From assembly GCA_903858595.1 (NCBI GenBank), contig CAIOJL010000005.1:1-59304 (forward strand): DNA of 59,304 bases, written 5' to 3'. A model generated the notes under the pieces. That model searched no databases. It worked only from the letters and a program-made list of their open reading frames with translations, and was not told the DNA's origin. Shown here piece by piece: positions 29,267 to 39,030 of the stretch. Source of the stretch: an uncultured Spartobacteria bacterium (GTDB taxonomy: Bacteria; Verrucomicrobiota; Verrucomicrobiia; Chthoniobacterales; UBA6821). The first letter of the stretch is position 1; each line of letters begins with the position of its first letter. Both the position numbers and the translations under genes were made by a program.

Positions 29267-32200
29267 TCAGGGGGGAGTGCTCGTTCCTTCCTGCTTGAAA
29301 AGAAGGGTTCCCCAAAGAGCCGGTGTTAATACCGCCTCGGAAGGCACATCCGACGTGAGGCCGCTGGACTTATTGTTCCAATAAATCCGAGCCGTGGTTT
29401 GACCGGATTCCCCTCTCAGAATACCGAGATCGCCCTTGATCCGAAGTCCGGCTTCCGGCTTGAGTCCGAGGAGATCCAACGGAACCGAGAACTCGTAGTT
29501 TCCTTCTGTTGAGCGCAGTTGGATCTGCCGGCTCACATCCTTGACCTCATCGATGGTGATTGTCCTCCAAGGGGAGGAAAATGGGACTTTCGCTCGGTCA
29601 GGAGTGCCCGGCACCACGGACCGGTAAAGGATGGCCTTAATCTTGCCTCCTACACGAGTGACTAGCAAGCGGGAATCACCTGGCACGGCACTCTTTCTCT
29701 CCGGATCCGCCACCGGATCCGCACCGATCATCAGATCCAAAGCCCCCCCGGTTTTGAATGGTGCCATGGGAAGCTCCCCGCGGTTTTCAAGCAATTTGGG
29801 ATTTCCGGTCTTGTAAGCGGCATAGAGTCGTTCGCCCGCGATAATCAATGAGCCCGTTATGTCGTAGGGTCTGCTGGTGGATGCGAAAAATGCCTTCACT
29901 CCCCCCGTGTCGATGTCAACCCATGAACCGGGCCAACTAGCAAATGTGGTATCCAAGCCCCAGGATGACTTGAGGATTGGAACGGAAAGGCTATTGGCTC
30001 CGGTTTGCTTCTGACGCTCGGCCTCGGTGCGCGTGATCAATTCTGCAGATTGCTTCAATTGGGACGGGGTCACCGTAAGTTGCTGCTCGGGAAGCATCAT
30101 AATGGTCTCGAAGCCCTTCAGTCCCACGATGCTGCCATGAGTCCCATCAACCAGATAAACTCCTCCGTCGCTCGTTCCACAGATGGTCGGCCAGAAGTTT
30201 TCACCCCCGAGGCTGACTCCCTCAAGACTCATGCCTCGCTCTGCCTTGGGCATCTTCCAAGAAATCGCACTCCGTTCATCGCCAAAAAGTGAGGAGACAA
30301 ACAAGCCGTCCGCAGTGAAGACATAGACAGCCCCCAAGTTCCCGTTGACTGCCCAAAGTGGAGTCCGCATGGGATTGCCGGCATCGAAAAACCCACCGAG
30401 CAAACGGGTCGTGCCTATCAGCTCTTCCAATTCGGATTGTGCAGGTGAGGAGTGCGAGGCATGGAGACCAGGCCAAAGACTCGGATAACTCCACAGGGGA
30501 ATCCCATTGAGGGTGCCGCAGAGTGATTGCCTCGAAAACGGCTTGATACCCAGCGTGACGACAGCTTTCCCGCTGGGATCATCAAGAACTTGAGTCCCTC
30601 CCGAGGAGGCGGGATCCATCACACCAGTGGCTAGGGTCTCCGAGCTGTTCATGTCGTAAAAAGGGACTCCAGCCTGGGAAATGTTTTTGGGGGGATATCG
30701 CATTGAGCGGCCCTCGAAGGAGGCAACACAAAACGCGAGATCAGGCATGATGGTAATCCCGCGGGCACAACCCTTCAGAATGATCACATCTTCGGGCCGA
30801 ACGATTCCGTCACCATGTTTGTCGGACCAGCAAAAGAACGCTTCGTTACGGAAAGGATTGGGTGAATTCGGATCTACCTCGGAAGGCCAATATTTGCGGA
30901 ATCTGGGCTCTTTCAGAACTTCCCAATCATTGGCCCTGCCCATGGCAGCCACAGGTCGCGCAATCCCCTCCTTCTCCAGAAAAAGAAACGCCGTGCTGTG
31001 TCCGGAGGTCGGATTGGAATTGTAGCAGTTGACGAAATAGCGCCTTCCACCGTGCCAGATTGCCGTTTCCGGGGCGGCGCTTCGGAAGGCCAATTTGATG
31101 GATTTGGTATCGGGGCGGTAAAAGATACTCCGTAAGTCGGAGGTTCCTTTCTCCCAATCAAGATGGAAAGCCATCGCACCCCTCCCCTCCTCGGCATAAT
31201 AGAGAGTGTCTTTGTCACGGGAGTCCAGCGTGCCTCCACCCCCATATTTCGCGGGCCCGTAAAATGCATGGATCAAGCTGCCATCGAGTGTCCAGATGCT
31301 GACGCGCTTGGGAAGAAAGTCCTTCTCGGCAACCCAGAGATGGTTCTCGCAGTCGATCGTGACACCCATCGGGTGATTCATATGAAGAGAGTCATAAGGC
31401 CCCGCTCGTGGAGATCCGGAGTGCCCGATCGCGCGCTCAAACGAATACTTCGGCGAAAGACCGACTGATCCCGACGGCGGAGGGGGTGCAAACATTTTTA
31501 CCTGATGGCTGCTACCCCAATCACTCACATAGAGATGCCCCGAGGTATCTAGGGTTATTTGCTGGGGATCCTCTAGAGCCGAAGAGATGACTTCCACGGG
31601 CGAGGATTTCAACTCTCCTTTCTTGATACTATCAAAACGGAACACACTTTTTCCCGCTACTGCGAAAAGACGCCCCTCACGGTCGAATGCAACTCCGCGG
31701 CAGTTGGGCAAGAAAATGGATCCTATCACCTGCTGTCGCGCGGCATCAACCAGCATCAGCTTGCCCTGAGGGTTCATGCTGACCACCAAGATGCCATCAT
31801 AGACGGCCAACCCGGCGATTTCCTGCTCCATGTTCTGCGTATCGCGTGGAGAAAAATCAACTTTCAGAACGGATTTTTCGGACTCCGCACCAACAGCCGT
31901 CAGCAGTAATTCAGCGGTCTGGGATCCCTTTGTTACCTGCCATACCGAGCCCACATAGACAGGATTCCCCTCCAAGGGATGCTCTCCCGTATCACAGGCG
32001 ATGAACTGAGCGCCGGTCCATGATCGGCCGACAACTTTTTTTCCACCCTGCTTCCTTCCCTCCAGATCAACCCAGATCATACCGTCCATCCCTTCAGACA
32101 CATAAGAACCAAGGAAGACCAATGGCTTGCCAATGAAATTTTTCCCAGCAGGAGCAAAGGAGGCTGCTTGTGGCGGCGTATGGTTCGCAAGCCAGGCACC

Positions 32201-33724
32201 AGTTTTATCGATGGTGCTCCATGGAGGATTGCCAGGCGTGTAGAATGACATCTCAAAGCGTGGAGTGATCACGTCATGGACGATCCCCCGGAAGCGGTAC
32301 TCACCCGGCTGAACAAGGCGGGATGGAATGTGAAAGACTCCATGCTGAGCAGCATCTGGATCACGCAGAAGATCATCGCACCCATCCCAGCTCACAACAT
32401 GCTCGCCGGCGGGGAAATAAATATCCGAAATGAGGTTGCGAACTCTCACTCCCTCTTTGTTTTCAATCACCAAAGTGACGAATCGCCCTTGGGCCAGTGA
32501 AAACCTGATGGGAATCGGGGTATCCGACTCCGGAGGAGCAGGTCTTGCTTGGCATCCTGCAAGAAGCGAAAAGTCCCTTAAAGGCTTTTCCCCAAGAGAA
32601 GCAAAAACCATCAGTTCATTCAGCCAGACACGCGCTCCGTTGCTAGTTTTTCCCTTAAGATGGGGATGGGATTCTGCGGTGGAAGATGTCAACTGGAGCC
32701 TGATAGCACGGGTTCTCTGCATTTGTTCAAAGGGGAGCCATACAGGAGAAAAAGTCGAAGGGTAGCCGTTGTTGATGCCTGAATAACTGCCTATCCCCTT
32801 CCATGAGTCTCCTTCTCCGCTTTCTTTGGGAGGAAATTTCTCGTGTCCTTCGTAGGCTTCGGCTCGTGCAGTGGAAAAACCGGGAAAGATTGCGACAAGG
32901 CCGATCACATCCACATCTTCGGACCATGACAGGATCAGGGTCTCGGGGTGACCGGGTGACACTGACGGGACCTTTGGAGAATCCATCTGTGAGGGATTCC
33001 TTGTGTATTCGATGTTCTCCCAACTTTTCCAACCATCATCCTTCTCGTTAACGATGGCCCGGGCTCGGGGATTGTTCGCGGAACTCCAGAGGAATGCGAG
33101 CGGCGCAACATTGATGAGACGGTCGGCAAGCACGGTAACGCCGCTGATTCTTCCTTGGCACGAAGGATCCTGGAGGGATGCAGAGTGCGTGAATCTTAGC
33201 GCGCGAGTTTTCGTTCCGGGAGGCAGAACCCACGTCGTGTACTGATCAGGAGAGACCTCGGCGGTGGATGCCTTTCCGGAAACAAGATGTTCGGCCTGAA
33301 TCCAATCCTGCTCATCAGCTTGGTTGCCGGGATATGCGGCTGTTGATTTCAGGACGCTCAGGGATCCACCCCCTTTGACAATAACTGTCCCGACCGGGAT
33401 CTCATGCGTGAAGCCGATCCTCAGATGTCGGATTCCGGGTTCTCTCGACTTTCCAAAAGCAAAACCTGAGTGCCCTGGTCGACTTGTTTGTGTCGAGAAA
33501 ATCCATTGAGGAAGAGACTCCCTGTTTGTTCCCGAGATTGGAGTCTCCTTCTGCCCCACCCATTCAGCATAAGCCTTCGAATCAAAGTCCTGAAGTGTCA
33601 GTTCCGTCTTGAGGGATGAAGCCAGCGTTGAATCCTCCGACGCCCACATCACTCCGGAGATCCCGAAAGACAACCAGAGCAATCCCATTATACTCCGCAC
33701 TCGATGCTGGGGTCTGAAGATCAT
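29267..33724 (-). CDS. large secreted protein of unknown function (1485 aa) with beta-propeller/NHL-like and Ig-like segments
   Basis: One uninterrupted 4.46-kb ORF. It has an N-terminal signal-like segment (GLLWLSFGISGVMWASE), NHL-like strands (SGHLYVSDWGSSHQVKMF) and a FlgD-Ig-like stretch (RFVTLVIENKEGVRVRNLISDIYFPAGEHVVSWDG). There is no PEP-CTERM tail. Confidence 0.7.
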   Translation of the reverse strand: MIFRPQHRVRSIMGLLWLSFGISGVMWASEDSTLASSLKTELTLQDFDSKAYAEWVGQKETPISGTNRESLPQWIFSTQTSRPGHSGFAFGKSREPGIRHLRIGFTHEIPVGTVIVKGGGSLSVLKSTAAYPGNQADEQDWIQAEHLVSGKASTAEVSPDQYTTWVLPPGTKTRALRFTHSASLQDPSCQGRISGVTVLADRLINVAPLAFLWSSANNPRARAIVNEKDDGWKSWENIEYTRNPSQMDSPKVPSVSPGHPETLILSWSEDVDVIGLVAIFPGFSTARAEAYEGHEKFPPKESGEGDSWKGIGSYSGINNGYPSTFSPVWLPFEQMQRTRAIRLQLTSSTAESHPHLKGKTSNGARVWLNELMVFASLGEKPLRDFSLLAGCQARPAPPESDTPIPIRFSLAQGRFVTLVIENKEGVRVRNLISDIYFPAGEHVVSWDGCDDLLRDPDAAQHGVFHIPSRLVQPGEYRFRGIVHDVITPRFEMSFYTPGNPPWSTIDKTGAWLANHTPPQAASFAPAGKNFIGKPLVFLGSYVSEGMDGMIWVDLEGRKQGGKKVVGRSWTGAQFIACDTGEHPLEGNPVYVGSVWQVTKGSQTAELLLTAVGAESEKSVLKVDFSPRDTQNMEQEIAGLAVYDGILVVSMNPQGKLMLVDAARQQVIGSIFLPNCRGVAFDREGRLFAVAGKSVFRFDSIKKGELKSSPVEVISSALEDPQQITLDTSGHLYVSDWGSSHQVKMFAPPPPSGSVGLSPKYSFERAIGHSGSPRAGPYDSLHMNHPMGVTIDCENHLWVAEKDFLPKRVSIWTLDGSLIHAFYGPAKYGGGGTLDSRDKDTLYYAEEGRGAMAFHLDWEKGTSDLRSIFYRPDTKSIKLAFRSAAPETAIWHGGRRYFVNCYNSNPTSGHSTAFLFLEKEGIARPVAAMGRANDWEVLKEPRFRKYWPSEVDPNSPNPFRNEAFFCWSDKHGDGIVRPEDVIILKGCARGITIMPDLAFCVASFEGRSMRYPPKNISQAGVPFYDMNSSETLATGVMDPASSGGTQVLDDPSGKAVVTLGIKPFSRQSLCGTLNGIPLWSYPSLWPGLHASHSSPAQSELEELIGTTRLLGGFFDAGNPMRTPLWAVNGNLGAVYVFTADGLFVSSLFGDERSAISWKMPKAERGMSLEGVSLGGENFWPTICGTSDGGVYLVDGTHGSIVGLKGFETIMMLPEQQLTVTPSQLKQSAELITRTEAERQKQTGANSLSVPILKSSWGLDTTFASWPGSWVDIDTGGVKAFFASTSRPYDITGSLIIAGERLYAAYKTGNPKLLENRGELPMAPFKTGGALDLMIGADPVADPERKSAVPGDSRLLVTRVGGKIKAILYRSVVPGTPDRAKVPFSSPWRTITIDEVKDVSRQIQLRSTEGNYEFSVPLDLLGLKPEAGLRIKGDLGILRGESGQTTARIYWNNKSSGLTSDVPSEAVLTPALWGTLLFKQEGTSTPP

Positions 33725-33976
33725 GAGAATAAACTGGCTCCCCGCTATTTTGAGTCGGTCGATACGTGGGGGGAAAACAGCAAATCTGAAGAATGAAAGA
33801 TCAATTCCTTATCCCGTTTTTTACCCAGTGAAAACAGCAAAGAACCTTTTGGCGGACGGCCTGTAAAACATGACCCATCCCAAAACCCCCGATTAGAAAC
33901 GGATGCGTCCAAATGAAGTCGTAGTCCTACGAAAAACGGAGGCCAGCGTAGCTGTCCGCGAGGATCGCGAGCTTTT

Positions 33977-36202
33977 TTACCCTCCCATCAGGGAAGGTAT
34001 GGCCCCTTCGAATATCTCGTTCAGGTCGGCAATCCTCCATCTGTAAGCATTCGCTCCGGTTTTGATTAAGAGATCAGCCTTGGCTGTGACCTCGCCCATC
34101 TTGCGGAACGGAACGCCGCTCTTCGAGAGTTCGGCTTCGAGGGTCGAGACATTGGAGGACTTCACGGAGATGACGATTCGCCCCTGAGTCTCGTTGAAGA
34201 GGAGCACGTCAGGACGCTGATTGGTTGAGCCAAGATCAATGGAAGCTGCCAGTGAATTGAAGAAGCAGGACTCGGCAATCGTTACAGCCAGCCCGCCCTC
34301 GGAGCAATCATGTGCGCTCTGGACAAGACCTTTGCGGATGACACTGAGCAGGGCGGCATGAATCGCTTTTTCTTGGGCGAAGTCCATTGTCGGAGGAGCA
34401 CCTTCCTTGCGGCCATGGAGGGCGAGCAGGTAGTGCGATCCACCAAGCTCGCTACCGGTCTCTCCGATCAGGAAGATCTGATCACCAGCCTGCTTGAAGT
34501 ACTGGGTGGTGATGTGAGCAGCGTCAGCGATCGTTCCGACCATGGAGATGGTCGGGGTCGGGTCGATTGCTCCGGCTGGGCTCTCATTATAGAGGCTGAC
34601 ATTGCCACCTGTGACCGGCACGCCAAACGCACGGCATCCCTCGGAGATCCCTTCCACGGCAGCGCGAAGTTGGTAGAAGTTCTCGGGCTTATGGGGGTTG
34701 CCGAAGTTCAGGTTGTCGGTAACACCGATCGGCACGGCACCGGAGCATGCCAGATTGCGGGCGCACTCGGCAACAGCAATGCGGGCGCCTACACCGGGAT
34801 CAAGTTTGCAGTAGATGGCATTGCAGTCGGTGGCAGCGGCCAGGATCTTGTTGGCCTCACGAACGATAAAGACGGCGGCATCGGAGCCGGGAAGCACAGC
34901 CGTCCCTGTGCGGACCATATGGTCGTACTGGCGCCAGACCCATCGCTTGCTGGCGATGCTGGGATGGGAGAGCAGCTTCGGAAGAGCTGTCTCGGGATCG
35001 ATCTGGGGCACAGTTGCCAAATCAAGTTGAGCAGGCGGTGTGAAGGATGCGGCCTCACGGCTGTAGAGAGGACAGTCATCGGCCAGCGCACGGGCAGGTA
35101 CATTCACCACGATCTCGTTGCCATTTCGGACGCGCATCATGCCGTCGTCGGTGACCTTGCCGATCTCGGCATAGGGGAGATTCCACTTTTCGAAAATCTG
35201 TTTCACCGTGGCCTCCTGGCCCTTCTTGACGATGACGAGCATACGCTCTTGCGACTCGCTCAGGAGCACCTCATAGGGCGTTTGGCCCTTGGCTCGCTGA
35301 GGCACGAGCTGCACGTCGATCTCGACACCCGTGCCTCCGCGACTGGCAGTCTCGCAAGTGGAGCAGGTGAGTCCGGCCGCACCCATGTCCTGGATGCCGG
35401 CGACGCAATCGGTGGCAAGGAGCTCCAAGCAGGCCTCAAGCAGAAGCTTCTCACGGAAAGGATCACCAACCTGAACGGCAGGTCGGTCGGCTTTGGACTC
35501 CTCGGTCAATTCGCGGGAGGCGAAGGCTGCTCCGGCCAGACCATCACGGCCGGTCTCAGCGCCGACATAGAAGACTGGATTTCCCACACCTTCGGCAGCT
35601 CCACGGGCGATCTGCTCATGACGCAGGATGCCAAGGCAGAAGGCATTCACCAGTGGGTTGCCGCTGTAGCTCTCGTCGAAGTAGACCTCTCCGGCGATAG
35701 TCGGGAGACCGATACAGTTGCCATAGTGGGCGATTCCGGCGACAACGCCCGCAAAGAGGCGGCGATTGGTCTTGGCCTGCTCGCCGTCACCCTCGATTGG
35801 TCCGAAGCGGAGTGAATCCATGAGGAAAACAGGACGCGCTCCCATGGTGAAGATGTCGCGGATGATGCCGCCGACTCCGGTGGCCGCACCTTGGAAGGGC
35901 TCAACGGCGCTGGGATGATTATGGCTCTCGATCTTGAAGGCGACCGCCCATCCGTCGCCGATGTCGATGACACCTGCATTTTCCTCGCCCGCCTTGACCA
36001 GCACACTGGGTCCCGTGGTTGGGAACTTCCGGAGCTCGGGACGGGAGTTCTTGTAGGAGCAATGCTCGCTCCACATGACGGAGAAGACACCTAGTTCCTC
36101 GAAACTCGGCTCGCGACCGAGAATGCTAAGGACCTTGTCGTACTCTTCGGGAGAGAGTCCGTGTTTGGCGATGAGCTCTGGAGTAATAGCGCGATTGGAC
36201 AT
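33977..36202 (-). CDS. purL: phosphoribosylformylglycinamidine synthase subunit PurL
   Basis: 741 aa. PurL (FGAM synthase II) motifs are present ([38 protein letters not shown]). Confidence 0.95.
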   Translation of the reverse strand: MSNRAITPELIAKHGLSPEEYDKVLSILGREPSFEELGVFSVMWSEHCSYKNSRPELRKFPTTGPSVLVKAGEENAGVIDIGDGWAVAFKIESHNHPSAVEPFQGAATGVGGIIRDIFTMGARPVFLMDSLRFGPIEGDGEQAKTNRRLFAGVVAGIAHYGNCIGLPTIAGEVYFDESYSGNPLVNAFCLGILRHEQIARGAAEGVGNPVFYVGAETGRDGLAGAAFASRELTEESKADRPAVQVGDPFREKLLLEACLELLATDCVAGIQDMGAAGLTCSTCETASRGGTGVEIDVQLVPQRAKGQTPYEVLLSESQERMLVIVKKGQEATVKQIFEKWNLPYAEIGKVTDDGMMRVRNGNEIVVNVPARALADDCPLYSREAASFTPPAQLDLATVPQIDPETALPKLLSHPSIASKRWVWRQYDHMVRTGTAVLPGSDAAVFIVREANKILAAATDCNAIYCKLDPGVGARIAVAECARNLACSGAVPIGVTDNLNFGNPHKPENFYQLRAAVEGISEGCRAFGVPVTGGNVSLYNESPAGAIDPTPTISMVGTIADAAHITTQYFKQAGDQIFLIGETGSELGGSHYLLALHGRKEGAPPTMDFAQEKAIHAALLSVIRKGLVQSAHDCSEGGLAVTIAESCFFNSLAASIDLGSTNQRPDVLLFNETQGRIVISVKSSNVSTLEAELSKSGVPFRKMGEVTAKADLLIKTGANAYRWRIADLNEIFEGAIPSLMGG

Positions 36203-36286
36203 GAGTGGAGGGCTGTTAGCGGTTTAGGCTATAGGCTCTTTAGGATTTTGAGGCGGAGAAAAGGCCTTTTGATTCAGTTTCGGTTC

Positions 36287-36994
36287 TCAGCTTTTGACGT
36301 TCAACTTTGCAACGGCCTCAATCATCGACTGGAAGATGCTGCGGCCATCGGTACCGCCGAGGAGCGGATCGCAGACACGCTCGGGATGGGGCATGAGACC
36401 GAAGACATTGCGACCGTGACTGCAGATGCCGGCGATATTCTCGAGCGAACCATTTGGGTTGGCCTCAGGAGAAACATTTCCTGAGGCGTCGCAGTAGCGG
36501 ACTAGGATCTGGTTGTTCATATTGAGCTGCTTCAAAGTCTCCGCATCGGCAAAGTAGTTCCCCTCACCATGGGCGATCGGAATGTCCAGGACCTGTCCTT
36601 GATGAAGCACGGAGGTGAAGGGGGAGTCGTTGTTCTCCACGCGCAGGTGGAGATGCTCACAGCGGAAGAGCAGGCCATTGTTGCGCATGAGCGTGCCGGG
36701 CAGGAGCCCCGCCTCGCAGAGAATCTGGAAGCCATTGCAGATACCGAGCACCAGAACGCCGGATTCGGCCACAGCCCGGACGGCCCTCATGATCGGGGAG
36801 AACCGGGCGATCGATCCGCAGCGGAGGTAGTCGCCATAGGAGAAGCCGCCAGGGAGAACCACGGCGGCGTATCCGGCAAGAGAGGTCTCCTTGTGCCAGA
36901 CGATCTCGGCCTGGATGCCGGGGAGGGAAGCAAGCGCAGCCTGGCAGTCAGTATCGCAGTTCGAACCGGGAAATTGGATAATGGCAACCTTCAT
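36287..36994 (-). CDS. purQ: phosphoribosylformylglycinamidine synthase glutaminase subunit PurQ
   Basis: MKVAIIQFPGSNCDTD..., LGICNGFQ (nucleophile Cys) and PHPER. The homologous start is the ATG at 36994, while the track ORF starts at 37024. Confidence 0.93.
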   Translation of the reverse strand: MKVAIIQFPGSNCDTDCQAALASLPGIQAEIVWHKETSLAGYAAVVLPGGFSYGDYLRCGSIARFSPIMRAVRAVAESGVLVLGICNGFQILCEAGLLPGTLMRNNGLLFRCEHLHLRVENNDSPFTSVLHQGQVLDIPIAHGEGNYFADAETLKQLNMNNQILVRYCDASGNVSPEANPNGSLENIAGICSHGRNVFGLMPHPERVCDPLLGGTDGRSIFQSMIEAVAKLNVKS

Positions 36995-37026
36995 GAACGA
37001 TGAGCCGGTGGTGACCTGCACCATCG

Positions 37027-37257
37027 TCAGGAAAGAATCTCGAGTTTGTAATCTTCTACCACGGGATTGGAGAGGAGGTCGTGGCAGATCTCGTGAAGCT
37101 GTTTCTCATCGGCGTCATCGACCTCGATCTCAATCGATTTCCCAATGCGGACGGAACGGACTCCCTTGAGTCCCAGATGTTCCATGGCATGGCCGGTGGC
37201 AACTCCAGCTGGATCAAGGATGGCGGGTTTCGGCATGACGGTGACGACGGCTTTCAT
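37027..37257 (-). CDS. purS: phosphoribosylformylglycinamidine synthase subunit PurS
   Basis: 76 aa (MKAVVTVMPKPAILDPAGVA...NPVVEDY) immediately upstream of purQ. Confidence 0.9.
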   Translation of the reverse strand: MKAVVTVMPKPAILDPAGVATGHAMEHLGLKGVRSVRIGKSIEIEVDDADEKQLHEICHDLLSNPVVEDYKLEILS

Positions 37258-37475
37258 GAGGTAAGGAAAATCGGGCTTTGGAAGCGAAGGGACAAGATGA
37301 AAATTGAAAAAGGGGGAACTCTTGATTCAACCGACCGGCGTTAGCCACTCGGGAACAAGGCACACTGTTGATGGGTTGGAACTGTTCTGGAATACCCACA
37401 GGAACTTACCAGAAAAGGCTGAGGTAGCGATTGACAATCCAAAATCCACGTTGGTGGATCAGATCAGGTAGGCCA

Positions 37476-38738
37476 CTACCGGTCGCACTCGCCGAACACC
37501 ATGTCGATAGATCCAAGGATTGTGACGACATCGCCGACCATGTGGCCGGGAAGCAGCTTCGGAACGATGCTCAAATTGACAAAAGACGGGGCGCGAATGT
37601 GAAGGCGGTTGGGAACGCCTCCACCCAGGCTATGGATATAGAATCCGAGTTCTCCCTTCGGATTCTCACAGCTGGAGTAGACCTCTCCGGCCGGGGCGTC
37701 GATTCCCTCGGTGGTGATGATGAAGTGATGGATGAGTTGCTCCATTTCCTTGAGCACCTCTTCCTTGGGAGGCAGGATGCTTTTGCCGTCAACCACGTTG
37801 ATGGGACCGTCCGGAATAGTATCGATCGCCTGGCGCAGAATACTCAGGCTCTGGCGCATCTCTTCGATGCGAACGAGGTAGCGGTCGTAGCAATCACCGA
37901 CAGTACCAATGGGGATTTCGAAGTCATACTTCTCGTAGTCGAGGTAGGGATGGGCCTTGCGAACGTCGTAGTCCACACCGGAACCGCGGAGCATGGGGCC
38001 GGTGAGGCCATAGGCGATGGCATCCTCTTTGGAAATGATTCCGACGTTGCGCGTGCGGTCGATGAAGATCGGGCTGCGGGTCAGGAGATTGGAGATCTCG
38101 TCGAGGGCGATCGGAAAGGAATCGAGAAACTCTCTGAGAAGCGCAGGGAACTTCTCGGGCAGATCGCGTACCTGACCGCCAACACGGGTGTAGCTGGTGG
38201 TGAAGCGGGCCCCAGTGAGAAGTTCGCAGAGGTTGTAGATCTTTTCCCGCTCTGTGAAGGTGTAGAGGAAGACGGAGATAGCTCCGATATCCATGGAGCT
38301 GGCACCGAGGCCGAGTAGGTGGGCGGAGATGCGGGCAAGCTCGCAGCAGATGACGCGAATGGCCTTGCCGCGAGGGGGCAGTTCCCATCCCATGAGCTTC
38401 TCAACTGCCAGGGCGTAAGCGACATTGTTGGCAAGTGGGGCCAGATAATCAAGCCGGTCCGTGTAAGGAACAAACTGGTTGTACTGCATGTTCTCAGCGA
38501 TCTTCTCGTCGCCGCGGTGCAGGTAGCCGACCTCAGGCGTCGCCTTGGTGATCAGCTCGCCATCAAGATCAAGGACGATACGGAACACCCCATGGGTGGA
38601 GGGATGTGAGGGGCCGAAGTTCAGTGACATCGTTTCTCCCAGCAGCTCGCTGGCTGGGAGATGATCAGCATGCTCCTGGATGGCTTGTTGGGTTCGGCCC
38701 AGTGCGTCTGGTGCTTCGTAGATGGTGCTCGTGCTCAC
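37476..38738 (-). CDS. nuoD: NADH-quinone oxidoreductase subunit D (49-kDa subunit)
   Basis: 420 aa aligning end to end with Nqo4/NuoD (LNFGPSHPSTHGVFRIVLDLDGE, YLHRGDEKIAE, RAPSFVNL, ...SIDMVFGECDR). No other nuo genes are adjacent. Confidence 0.92.
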   Translation of the reverse strand: MSTSTIYEAPDALGRTQQAIQEHADHLPASELLGETMSLNFGPSHPSTHGVFRIVLDLDGELITKATPEVGYLHRGDEKIAENMQYNQFVPYTDRLDYLAPLANNVAYALAVEKLMGWELPPRGKAIRVICCELARISAHLLGLGASSMDIGAISVFLYTFTEREKIYNLCELLTGARFTTSYTRVGGQVRDLPEKFPALLREFLDSFPIALDEISNLLTRSPIFIDRTRNVGIISKEDAIAYGLTGPMLRGSGVDYDVRKAHPYLDYEKYDFEIPIGTVGDCYDRYLVRIEEMRQSLSILRQAIDTIPDGPINVVDGKSILPPKEEVLKEMEQLIHHFIITTEGIDAPAGEVYSSCENPKGELGFYIHSLGGGVPNRLHIRAPSFVNLSIVPKLLPGHMVGDVVTILGSIDMVFGECDR

Positions 38739-38854
38739 GGAACTGGATTAAAGACGATGAAAGGACTGCTTTCCAGCTTTCTTGAGTTTGATATCAACTC
38801 TTTTTTGTTTTGCTCCGTTTTGAGATGAGGCTGTTATTCTTCGCGGAAAGAAGT

Positions 38855-38927
38855 AGGGGCACCTGGATTTGAACCAGGGACCAACCAGTTATGAGCCGGC
38901 TGCTCTAACCACTGAGCTATACCCCCA
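38855..38927 (-). tRNA. tRNA with anticodon CAT (elongator Met or lysidine-type Ile2; not initiator)
   Basis: The minus strand GGGGGTA-TA-GCTC-AGTGGTTA-GAGC-A-GCCGG-CTCATAA-CTGGT-TGGTC-CCTGG-TTCAAAT-CCAGG-TGCCCCT-A folds as a 73-nt cloverleaf. It lacks the initiator 1:72 mismatch and the three G-C pairs of the anticodon stem. CCA is not encoded. Confidence 0.9.
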
Positions 38928-39030
38928 TTGAAAGCTTTCAAACATTGGAAGAACTCTATTCCTGATCATCGTCGCAGGTCATCCTTAAAATAACCTGCTT
39001 CCGCTATGTTCAGACCCCGAAGGATCTGGA

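Noticed and set aside
34310-35815. Long ORFs antisense to confident genes: 501 aa opposite purL, 37431-38318 opposite nuoD, 42816-43982 opposite sdhA, 9038-9889 opposite leuC, 47374-48273 opposite fbaB.
   Set aside because: These are typical high-GC shadow ORFs. Their translations are low-complexity (Gly/Asp/Arg/Ala rich) with no recognisable motifs. Each lies fully inside a gene whose product aligns end to end with a known family.
37381-37470. A possible third, degenerate copy of the 132-bp element just downstream of nuoD (shares AGCGATT..GACAAT..CCAAAA..TGGTG..ATCAG).
   Set aside because: Similarity needs several indels, and only short blocks of 7 nt or less match, which is within chance expectation. 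It is not reported as a copy.
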